From: an uncultured Spirochaetia bacterium
Lineage (GTDB): Bacteria; Oederibacteriota; PGYV01; Palsa-1178
Assembly (NCBI GenBank): GCA_964565765.1
Contig: CAZMGF010000005.1
Span: forward strand, 1,573-65,572
DNA: 64,000 nucleotides
Direction of reading: 5' to 3'
How positions within the stretch are numbered: position 1 is the first letter of the stretch; each line of letters begins with the position of its first letter. Under the pieces are notes generated by a model. It made no database searches. It was not told where the DNA came from and saw only the letters and a list, made by a program, of their open reading frames with translations. This document shows positions 56,228 to 64,000 of the stretch, one piece after another. Both the position numbers and the translations under genes were made by a program.

Positions 56228-57950
56228 ACGGCATTTTAATTACAGGCGGCCTTCCGTGGGGGCAGGAATGGGGGTCCTTCAGGTCCACATACTTCTCCAC
56301 AAGCTCCCTTATCTGGGCGTCGTTAAGCCTGTCTCCGGCCTTTACCGCGGCCCTGCACGCCATTGTGGCGCACAGCCCCTTTAACACCCCGGCTCCGCCC
56401 GCGTCGCCGCCGTTTTTTTCCTTGAGCTGCTCTATCATCTCTTTCACAAAACGCGCCGGAGGTTTGCCTCCGATTATGACCGGATGCGCCGATATTTTAA
56501 AGGAATTTTCGCCGAATTCCTCAAGTATAAAACCCAGCCTGGCAAAAATACTTAAGGAATCCGCCACAAGTTTTTTATCCGCCGGCGTAACGTCCACGGC
56601 CTCCGGTATGAGCATCTCCTGCATTACGACAGAACCGTTTTCAACCGATTCCATTATGGATTCAAAAAGCATTTTTTCATGGGCCGCGTGCTGGTCTATT
56701 AAAACAAGGTTATGGTCATCCTCTCCCACTATGTATGTTTCATGGAGCTGCCCCAGGACATTTAGCCACAGGTAGTCCCTTGACGGCGACCTTATTTCCA
56801 TCTCCGGCCGCCCTTTTTGCATTTCCACGGAGGGCGATGAAAAAAGCCTGCCTGTATCCTCGGAAACAAAGCCGGCGCCGGCTTCTTTTGCCGCGTTATA
56901 TGCCTCTCTGGAAGCGTATTCTCCAGGCGCCGCGTCCGCGGCCGAGGCAAACGGCGTCAACTCGCTCATTTTCAGGCCGTTTTCAACGGCGCTTTTGACG
57001 CAGTTAAAAACAAATCTTTCATCCCTGAATTTAACCTCGGCTTTCGCGGGATGGACATTGACATCCAGAAGCAGAGGATTTATATCAACGAAAATAAACG
57101 AATATGGATAACGCCCCTTCATAAGCAGCGTGCCGAACCCCTCATATACGGCATAAGAAAGCTGCCTGCTCTGTACGTTCCTGAAATTAACAAAGAGATA
57201 CTGGGACGCCCTTGTGGATTTTGTGACTGATGGCCCCGAGATATAACCCGTAACTTTTACATTGTCTGTGAATGAGGATACTTCAAGCAGCGAGTTGGAA
57301 ACTTCGGCCCCCATGACCGTCCTTACCCTTTCTTTGAGCGCCGACCCTCCGGCAAAAAAGACCGCCTCTTTTCCGTCACAGATGAGCCTGAAGGAAATAT
57401 TTTCCCGCGCGAATCCGGCGGCAATTACAGTGTCAATTATATTTGCTTCCTCCGTGGAATCGGATTTCAAAAATTTCAGCCTTGCCGGAGTGTTATAAAA
57501 AAGATCCCTTACTGTAATCACGCTTCCCTTATTTGATGTCCTTATGGATTCCTTTATTGTCCTGCCGGCTTCAATTGAAATAAAGCTTCCCGCGTCGGCG
57601 CCCGGGCCCCTGGATGTAGCCTCCACCCTTGAAACTGACGCTATAGACGCCAGCGCCTCCCCGCGAAACCCCATTGTCTCTATATAACTCAGGTCATTGA
57701 GCGACCTTATCTTGCTTGTGGCGTGCCTTAAGAAGGCTTTTTTCAGGTCATCCGCGTCCATTCCGCATCCGTCATCTTTTACCCGGATCATTTTCCTGCC
57801 GCCGCTTTCAATTGTTATCTCAATATTTTTTGCCCCGGAATCAACCGCATTTTCCAGCAGTTCCTTTACGCAGGAGGCCGGCCTTGCTATAACTTCCCCG
57901 GCGGCTATCTGATTTATGACATTATCAGGAAGCAGTTCTATTTTACCCAC
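56190..57950 (-). CDS. mutL: DNA mismatch repair protein MutL
   Basis: 586 aa; GHKL ATPase N-terminus (VINQIAAGEVIARPASCVKELLENAVDSGA); mutL-miaA synteny. Confidence 0.9.
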   Translation of the reverse strand: MGKIELLPDNVINQIAAGEVIARPASCVKELLENAVDSGAKNIEITIESGGRKMIRVKDDGCGMDADDLKKAFLRHATSKIRSLNDLSYIETMGFRGEALASIASVSRVEATSRGPGADAGSFISIEAGRTIKESIRTSNKGSVITVRDLFYNTPARLKFLKSDSTEEANIIDTVIAAGFARENISFRLICDGKEAVFFAGGSALKERVRTVMGAEVSNSLLEVSSFTDNVKVTGYISGPSVTKSTRASQYLFVNFRNVQSRQLSYAVYEGFGTLLMKGRYPYSFIFVDINPLLLDVNVHPAKAEVKFRDERFVFNCVKSAVENGLKMSELTPFASAADAAPGEYASREAYNAAKEAGAGFVSEDTGRLFSSPSVEMQKGRPEMEIRSPSRDYLWLNVLGQLHETYIVGEDDHNLVLIDQHAAHEKMLFESIMESVENGSVVMQEMLIPEAVDVTPADKKLVADSLSIFARLGFILEEFGENSFKISAHPVIIGGKPPARFVKEMIEQLKEKNGGDAGGAGVLKGLCATMACRAAVKAGDRLNDAQIRELVEKYVDLKDPHSCPHGRPPVIKMPFEEIEKLFKRKL

Positions 57951-57960
57951 AGGCGCACCC

Positions 57961-60900
57961 TTATCTTACCACTGCTATCTTTTCAATTACCCTGTCGGCG
58001 CCTATTTCCATGGAAATCAGGTAAAGGCCCGATGCCACTTTTTTACCCGCCCTGTTGGTTCCGTCCCAGTAAAATGGCTGCGATTCAAATGGATTGTCTG
58101 CGGAAAGCGCGTCGGTTATCTGTGTGTCGATAAGTTCATTGACAAACTCCCCGCTCAGGGTATATATCCTTATCCTGAGATGTCCCGCTTCTGTTATGTA
58201 ATAGTGCATGGTCAGTGTCTGATTCGCCGAAAGATTTAAAAGGTTCCTGTAAACCCTGATCTTGTTCTGCGGCAGAGGAAGCGCGAACGCGCCCGGCACA
58301 TATACGGCATCCTGGTTGCCGGCGGTATCCTGCGCTTTAACCAGATAAAGGTATTTTGTGTTCCATACTGTTGTGGTATCGGTGACTGAAAGCGCCATGA
58401 TGGTTTGGGCCACCGGTGTGCCGTAATTATATGTCCCGCCGTTATCGTCGCTTCTGTACACATTGTATCCGGAAAGTCCAAATGTCGCCGTCGCGGTGTT
58501 GCCAACCGGATACCACGAAACTAAGGCGTCCTTTTTATTGACCTGCACCACGCTTACTTTATTGTATGGAGCGGCCGGAACCATAAGAGGCGTATAGGGT
58601 GTCGCCGAGACTTCAGTTGACGGCGGCCCCTCTCCCATAGCGTTTACCGCCTTTACAATATAATAATATGTGGTCCCGTTTGTGAGCCCCGTGTCGGTAA
58701 AATTTTTCGTGCTGAAGGAAACATCATAGGCAACAGGCGCGCCGTAAACCCCTGACTGGGTTGACCGGTAAATATTAAAATATTGCGCGGTTATCAGGCT
58801 GTTGTTCCATATCAGCATCACCTGATTCGCGCCTGCTACGGCCGCTATATAGGGCGGAGCAGGCTGCGCCGCGCCGAACTGGATCTGGAGAGGGCTGTCT
58901 GAAGTGTCCTCATTGTAATAATTATCTATGCTCTTTACAAGATAGTAATATGAGCCTGCTGCGGTATTTACACCGGAATCGGCATATGTAAGGGAGGTGT
59001 AATTATCCTGCAGAAGGTTTACGGACGAATCAATTAAAATGCTGGATGTGCTCCGGTATATCCTGTACTTATAGCTTGTCTCATATGTACCCAGCGCCGA
59101 AGGCTGGAGCCAGTCAAGAATTATCTGGCTGTTTACAGCCAGGCCGTCAAGGTTGCTTACCGGATATGGCCTGTAAAACGGTACCGTATTCCCTTCGGCG
59201 GAAGCCGGCCCCTCCTGAGAGTTTCCAACCGCCTTAACAATAAAATAATAAGGGGTTCCGACGACAACAGGGGTTGCGACGGCGGCGGTGCTGATGGATG
59301 TTGATACATAAGAATTGTTGGTTGTCTCAACAAGCGGCGTAGTGTAGACGCCTGAAATTGTCGACCTGTAAACATTATACGCGGTTGCCCCTGTTCCCGG
59401 TATATAAGGATCCCACAAAAGGCTTATGGTGCCGTCTCCGGGAGAATTCACATACAGGTTGGTGACCTGAAAGGGCGGATTGTTTGAAGCGTAAGGCGAA
59501 ATTTTAACGGCATAAGCGTTTACTGTGGTTGATTCGCCGTATGAATTGAGTGTGGTAACTTTGAAATAATAAAACTGTCCGTTGGTAAGCCCTGCCGCAG
59601 GATAAATAAGGGCCGTTGACTGTGTTGTAACAGCGGCGTAAGTGATATTGTCTGCGGAAGAATATATATTATATCCCTGCGGGTCGTATGACGGGTTCGC
59701 GGCCGGCCAGGACAATAAAATCATATTGTTAAACGGCTGCGCATTAATAACGGCGGCGCTTGCCGGGAAGAGCGCCGGTTTTGCCGGAGCCGAAACCGAA
59801 GGGCTTCCAGTGACCGTATTATAGGCGCTCAGGCAATAATTATAAGTGACACCCGGCGTAACCGCCGCATCCACATAATTTGTCACAGAGTTTGCAATAC
59901 CGGTTATATATGCCGCAGAAAAATTAAACGCCGTCGGAGATACAGCCCTGAAAAGGTAATACTGCGATATGGCGTCCGTGTTTGCTGTCCATGAAATATC
60001 AACAGCCCCGTAAGTGGTCAGGGACCTCACAGCGTTAAAGCCTGTCGGAGCGGCAGGCAGGACAATAACATTTATGGGGTTGCATGCCGCGCTTGTGCCG
60101 GAGGTATTGTAGGAATCAACATAATATGAATGGGTCTCTCCGATATTAACGGTGCTGTCCGTATATGAGTTTGACTGCGCGTTCGCCAGCCATCCGGAAT
60201 CCCTGTAAACATCATAGCCGGTAACATTTTCCTGCGAATTATTTGCTGTCCATGAAAGAATCACACTTCCGACAGCGGTTGTAGCTGTCAGGCCCGTGGG
60301 AACTGACGGTTGTCCTGGCAGGTATACGCTTAAATACGCCGGAGGCGACAAATTTGAATTAATGTCCTGGGCTACTATTGAATAATTATATGTGGCTCCC
60401 GCGGAGAGGCTTAAATCCGTGTACGTTGCCTGCGTGGTAAATGTTACAGGGGTCGGGCTGGCGTTCCTGTATATATCATATCCGGATATATTATATGATC
60501 CCTGCGCGGATGACGCGGCCCATAACAGGGTTACGTTCGCGCCTGCCACGGTCGCCGAGACCGACTGCGGTGCGAATGGCAGGGCGTAAGGTATTGCCGC
60601 CGTTGCCCCTGAATAGGCACCGCTGCCGTTATTTAATGAACCTATCCTGTAATAATATGTCACAAGGTTGGCGGTATCGCTGTCAAAAAACTCTGTGGTC
60701 TGGGATATTTTGTCAAGCGAAGCCTGTAAAATATCGGGTGAAGTCGAGCGGTACACATTATATCCGGTTACCAGCGGGTCCTGGCTCTGCGCCCAGGTAA
60801 GAACCACACGTGAATTGTAGCCTGTTGCCCCTGTAATTGCGGGCGGGTATGGATAAGCATTGGCGGTCACTCCCAGAGGCCCCTCGACGTTATTAATATC

Positions 60901-61230
60901 AAAAGGGGCAATCCTGTAAAAATATGGCTGTGTAGTATCACCCACCGGGTCGGCATAAGTCGTCACTGCCCCGGGCACGGTCACATAAAAATATGTCCCC
61001 CACTGCGGGTCCGTAAGCTGCGCGGTGTAAGTAATCGCGGCCGCTGTTGTGCGGTATATGGAGTATCCGCCAATGGCCGCACCGTTGGTAACCGCCGCGG
61101 GCCAGTAAAGGTTTATTGTCGTGCCTCCTGTGTATTCAAGCCTTAAGTCTGTGGGGGCGTTCGGCCCTGCCGCGGATAAAATTGAAACGGCAAATACCGC
61201 CAACGCCGTGATAAATATACCCCTTTTCAT
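57961..61230 (-). CDS. large secreted protein with about 10 fibronectin type III-like repeats and a T9SS-type C-terminal sorting-domain-like (Ig-like) module
   Basis: 1089 aa with a signal peptide and recurring ...GYNVYRS/GYDIYR... FN3 repeats. The C-terminal 80 aa, LRIRIYTLSGEFVNEL...GKKVASGLYLISMEIGADRVIEKIAVVR, resembles TIGR04183/FlgD_ig CTDs. Confidence 0.55.
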   Translation of the reverse strand: MKRGIFITALAVFAVSILSAAGPNAPTDLRLEYTGGTTINLYWPAAVTNGAAIGGYSIYRTTAAAITYTAQLTDPQWGTYFYVTVPGAVTTYADPVGDTTQPYFYRIAPFDINNVEGPLGVTANAYPYPPAITGATGYNSRVVLTWAQSQDPLVTGYNVYRSTSPDILQASLDKISQTTEFFDSDTANLVTYYYRIGSLNNGSGAYSGATAAIPYALPFAPQSVSATVAGANVTLLWAASSAQGSYNISGYDIYRNASPTPVTFTTQATYTDLSLSAGATYNYSIVAQDINSNLSPPAYLSVYLPGQPSVPTGLTATTAVGSVILSWTANNSQENVTGYDVYRDSGWLANAQSNSYTDSTVNIGETHSYYVDSYNTSGTSAACNPINVIVLPAAPTGFNAVRSLTTYGAVDISWTANTDAISQYYLFRAVSPTAFNFSAAYITGIANSVTNYVDAAVTPGVTYNYCLSAYNTVTGSPSVSAPAKPALFPASAAVINAQPFNNMILLSWPAANPSYDPQGYNIYSSADNITYAAVTTQSTALIYPAAGLTNGQFYYFKVTTLNSYGESTTVNAYAVKISPYASNNPPFQVTNLYVNSPGDGTISLLWDPYIPGTGATAYNVYRSTISGVYTTPLVETTNNSYVSTSISTAAVATPVVVGTPYYFIVKAVGNSQEGPASAEGNTVPFYRPYPVSNLDGLAVNSQIILDWLQPSALGTYETSYKYRIYRSTSSILIDSSVNLLQDNYTSLTYADSGVNTAAGSYYYLVKSIDNYYNEDTSDSPLQIQFGAAQPAPPYIAAVAGANQVMLIWNNSLITAQYFNIYRSTQSGVYGAPVAYDVSFSTKNFTDTGLTNGTTYYYIVKAVNAMGEGPPSTEVSATPYTPLMVPAAPYNKVSVVQVNKKDALVSWYPVGNTATATFGLSGYNVYRSDDNGGTYNYGTPVAQTIMALSVTDTTTVWNTKYLYLVKAQDTAGNQDAVYVPGAFALPLPQNKIRVYRNLLNLSANQTLTMHYYITEAGHLRIRIYTLSGEFVNELIDTQITDALSADNPFESQPFYWDGTNRAGKKVASGLYLISMEIGADRVIEKIAVVR

Positions 61231-61244
61231 ACCGATAAAACCTC

Positions 61245-64000
61245 CTAGAATTCAATTTCACCTGTAATCGATATTTTGAACCTGTCATTGGAATTCGTCC
61301 TTACCACCATATCGTCAAGGTGGCTGTAATCCAGCTCCGCCGTAATCTTAAGATTCTGCATTACATTATAAGCGGCGTTCGAAGTAAAAGCGTACTGGGT
61401 GGAATTCACCATGTGTGTATTGGCGTCGTTGACGCCGCCGCCCCAGTTTTTAACCACTCCAAAACTGCCGTTAATATTTATAGCCTGGTCGAGCCTGAAT
61501 GTCTTGTCCCCTATAAACGGCAGCCATCCCGGGATTGTGATGGGTTTGGTAAGCTTAAGGTTATACGTCATGGTAAGCGTCGGCGATATGTTGTCTGCCC
61601 AGTAGCTCATGAGCCCGCTTATAGTATTTGTCCATGAACCCGAGAGGGCCAACGCCCCTTTTACGCCGTCGGGCCCTGTGGAGTATGATATCTGCAGGTT
61701 GTTAAGTTTGTTCGTTATGGCGTCGCTTATTATCGTCTTGTTGGAATCCATGCTTATCTGCCTTGTATATGTGTATCCCGCGGACAGAGTCTGTTTTGTA
61801 AACAGGTCCCTGAGCACCGGCAGGGGGATGGTTATATTATTAAAATAAAGGGACTGGATGTTTACATTTTCATTTTCCATGTATGAGGCGGAGGCTCCCC
61901 TGCTTGAGAAGCTCGTGTTGCTTGAATATGACGCCGTTGAAGGAAGTATTCCCATAAAGCCAAAGAGCTTTATTTCGCTTAAGTTAAGCGAGTGCGTTAT
62001 GACAAACGCGCCGTTGCTGGCAATGTTCTCATATGCCTGCATTTCCCTGTCGGAAATTGAGCTGCCGTTATTTTCTCCGGTTAAAACCATCTTCCACAAC
62101 ATGGCGTCCCACTGCCTTTCAAATGTCATATGGCTGAACATGTCAAAAGAATCAGGGTACGCGAGGTTGTCATATCTGTTTGTGCTGTCCACCGAAAAAG
62201 AATATGAGGTAATGTCGGGGAACCCGGGGAAAATCGAGCTCAATTTAAGCCCCGAAGATGCGTCCAGCCTGCCGTGGGTATTCAGGGCATCCTGCGTCAA
62301 ATCAAGGTTGTAATCGTGTGTATAGTTAAGCTGCGGGGAGAATATCCAGGCCGTCGGGTATGAAAGGCTTACTTTAGGCGTTATTTCCCTTTTCAGGAGA
62401 ATAAAATCTCCCACATATAGATGGGTTATACTGTTGAGATAATTCAGGTAATAGGAGTATTGCGCCGTAATGTTCCCTTTTTCTTCAACCAGGTTATATG
62501 CATAGGACGGCCCCATTATAAGCCCCGCGATGCTGTAGTTTCCGGTCCACGAATAATTTTGGGTCCTGTCATAGCGCTGCTGGTCATAGTACTGGGATGT
62601 TATATTTATTGAATTGCCGTAAGAATCATCAGCCACATAATAATTAAGCCCGGTGTTCTCAATGAGCATTTTCGCGGAAATATTATTCGTGCCAAGCGGT
62701 ATAAAAAATAAATTTGACGGCACCTTCCAGGCGAGCGCCGGCGATACCGACCAGTAATTGTTTATATTTGACTCAAAATCATTTATCAGCACCCCGTAAT
62801 AAATGGTCTTCACATTTTTTATGGTTGAATTTGCCGAGAGCTGCATATCAGGCACAAGGCTGAATGTGACATAATTGTTGACCCCTTCTGAAAAAACATC
62901 GCCAAGCTGGTCGTTATTTGTGTATCCAATGTCGTTTTTATATTCGGCGTCAGTGTACTGGGCCGTCTTAAAATATGTCGAGGTAATAGGCATAAATGGC
63001 AGCTGGGTGTAATTAAGGGTTACATTCTGGGCGGTATAATGCTGCTGTATGGCCCCTGTTCCCGCGTCCGCCATTGTGTTGAAATCCGTCTCCCTGTCCT
63101 CATATGACTGTGTTACGCTGCCGACGCCCTTGTAATTGAGCGTTGATGTGGCGGCTTTCGCGGTCCCTACCTGTGTTTTCGCGTCAGTGAGCCTGATATT
63201 ATCTATGTAAAGGATCTCGCCGCCAGCGACTGCCGGAATATTTAAAGTGTTGGGATTAATGACACCTATAGATATGTATTGTATTTCCCTGATATTCGGA
63301 AGGCTTGGATAAACAGGGGTGGTCCTCTTCCCGTCGGAGCCATCCAGGGCAAAAATGAGTGTTATCCATTTGCCTTCCGCTATATTTGAGTACTGTTCGT
63401 TGAACTGGAAATAATTGGTCGTATAATCGGTATTTGAACCTATTCTCAGAAATATCACCCGGCCGTTTTGAGGAGCCGCTTTGTGCGGTATATAAACGTC
63501 AAATTTAATGTATTTATAGGCGTGATAGTCGTATCCCGATGTCTTGCTGTTCAATATTTTATTCACGTAATACAGCGGCCGGCCATCAGGAGTAAGGTCG
63601 TAATTGGTCATATTGTTTGTCAGTTTCAGCGAAGTTTCATACTGCAAATCCGACGTCGTAGAATAGGCAAAATAATTTGAGTTATATACATAATTAGGAT
63701 CCGTGGTCTGGTTGACAGTCTCAGCGTTTAATTTCGTCGTATCTGCGATAATAGTGTTGCCTGCCGCGTCTGTCACGCCGCTCAGCGCCTGGACGCGCCA
63801 CGAGTTGCCGGTGAATTTGATGGATTCAATTTTTATTGTCCCGGATGCCGGCGTGGAGCTTGTGCCTATAAAATTCAGCCTGACATGCTTTATCATCGAC
63901 ATAAAATTCGGATCGTTGGGGTCTCCTATTACACTGCCTACGGCCCTGGTAATATCCTTCAGCGGTATCTTGATTGAAGTCCAGGTCCCGTTTCCGGTTA
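61245..64000 (-). CDS. large predicted outer-membrane beta-barrel protein, 5'-partial (N-terminus beyond the window)
   Basis: The reading frame stays open to coordinate 64000 (885 aa or more visible). It ends ...LKITAELDYSH...KISITGEIEF, a terminal Phe with alternating hydrophobic residues typical of OM beta-barrel signals. The N-terminal visible part looks like a jelly-roll/CBM domain (GEILYIDNIRL). Family unknown. Confidence 0.45.
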   Translation of the reverse strand, partial: TGNGTWTSIKIPLKDITRAVGSVIGDPNDPNFMSMIKHVRLNFIGTSSTPASGTIKIESIKFTGNSWRVQALSGVTDAAGNTIIADTTKLNAETVNQTTDPNYVYNSNYFAYSTTSDLQYETSLKLTNNMTNYDLTPDGRPLYYVNKILNSKTSGYDYHAYKYIKFDVYIPHKAAPQNGRVIFLRIGSNTDYTTNYFQFNEQYSNIAEGKWITLIFALDGSDGKRTTPVYPSLPNIREIQYISIGVINPNTLNIPAVAGGEILYIDNIRLTDAKTQVGTAKAATSTLNYKGVGSVTQSYEDRETDFNTMADAGTGAIQQHYTAQNVTLNYTQLPFMPITSTYFKTAQYTDAEYKNDIGYTNNDQLGDVFSEGVNNYVTFSLVPDMQLSANSTIKNVKTIYYGVLINDFESNINNYWSVSPALAWKVPSNLFFIPLGTNNISAKMLIENTGLNYYVADDSYGNSINITSQYYDQQRYDRTQNYSWTGNYSIAGLIMGPSYAYNLVEEKGNITAQYSYYLNYLNSITHLYVGDFILLKREITPKVSLSYPTAWIFSPQLNYTHDYNLDLTQDALNTHGRLDASSGLKLSSIFPGFPDITSYSFSVDSTNRYDNLAYPDSFDMFSHMTFERQWDAMLWKMVLTGENNGSSISDREMQAYENIASNGAFVITHSLNLSEIKLFGFMGILPSTASYSSNTSFSSRGASASYMENENVNIQSLYFNNITIPLPVLRDLFTKQTLSAGYTYTRQISMDSNKTIISDAITNKLNNLQISYSTGPDGVKGALALSGSWTNTISGLMSYWADNISPTLTMTYNLKLTKPITIPGWLPFIGDKTFRLDQAININGSFGVVKNWGGGVNDANTHMVNSTQYAFTSNAAYNVMQNLKITAELDYSHLDDMVVRTNSNDRFKISITGEIEF

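Noticed and set aside
1-64000. CRISPR arrays, integrases, transposases, toxin-antitoxin pairs
   Set aside because: No regularly spaced direct repeats and no recombinase, transposase or TA-like small gene pairs were recognisable by eye; the window looks chromosomal-core rather than mobile.

Overview
This 64-kb window looks like a gene-dense bacterial chromosomal segment, not an obvious mobile island. About 85% is coding, almost all on the minus strand, and the organism is probably diderm (lnt, flgH/flgI L- and P-ring genes, FadL-like outer-membrane proteins). All calls rest on reading the supplied translations and the DNA by eye; no searches or structure predictions were run.

Main content, left to right:
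- A partial GAF + HD-GYP phosphodiesterase gene (1..1658, minus) that the ORF track misses. It is translationally coupled to a trpD-C-F-B-A operon.
- A housekeeping run: tatD, metG, PSP1/yaaT, holB, tmk, rplM-rpsI, a CCA-adding enzyme, and the yggS-proC-yggT-yggU, tsaB-tsaE-thiL, nnr-acpS and surE-lnt groups.
- A small glycan-use patch: a GH5/GH26-like hydrolase, an MFS transporter and a GH2 hydrolase.
- An ECF sigma / anti-sigma / CpxP-like module on the plus strand.
- A flagellar block with Firmicutes-like order: yvyF-flgM-flgN-flgK, then flgF-flgG-flgA-flgH-flgI-flgJ(N-terminal).
- A two-gene radical-SAM DNA-repair module (TIGR03915 / TIGR03916) behind a perfect sigma70 consensus promoter.
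- The mutL-miaA pair.

The most unusual part is 47.3-51.2 kb plus 58-64 kb. Two paralogous FadL/PorV-like outer-membrane proteins carry C-terminal FN3 or FlgD-Ig-like domains and sit immediately upstream of flgF, apparently in the same operon. Further along, a 1089-aa fibronectin-III repeat protein with a T9SS-type C-terminal sorting-like domain follows a large partial outer-membrane beta-barrel protein that runs off the window edge.

Other oddities:
- A tRNA (anticodon GAC, with an unusual C33) enclosed by a 14-bp perfect inverted repeat, next to a degenerate tRNA-like duplicate carrying two ~70-nt insertions.
- A 15-20 nt motif shared between two distant intergenic regions.
- A 28-aa highly basic upstream ORF with a strong Shine-Dalgarno in the yebC leader.
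- A sigma28-type promoter upstream of flgM.

The ORF track reports TTG and GTG starts as M, so several annotated starts are probably too far upstream.
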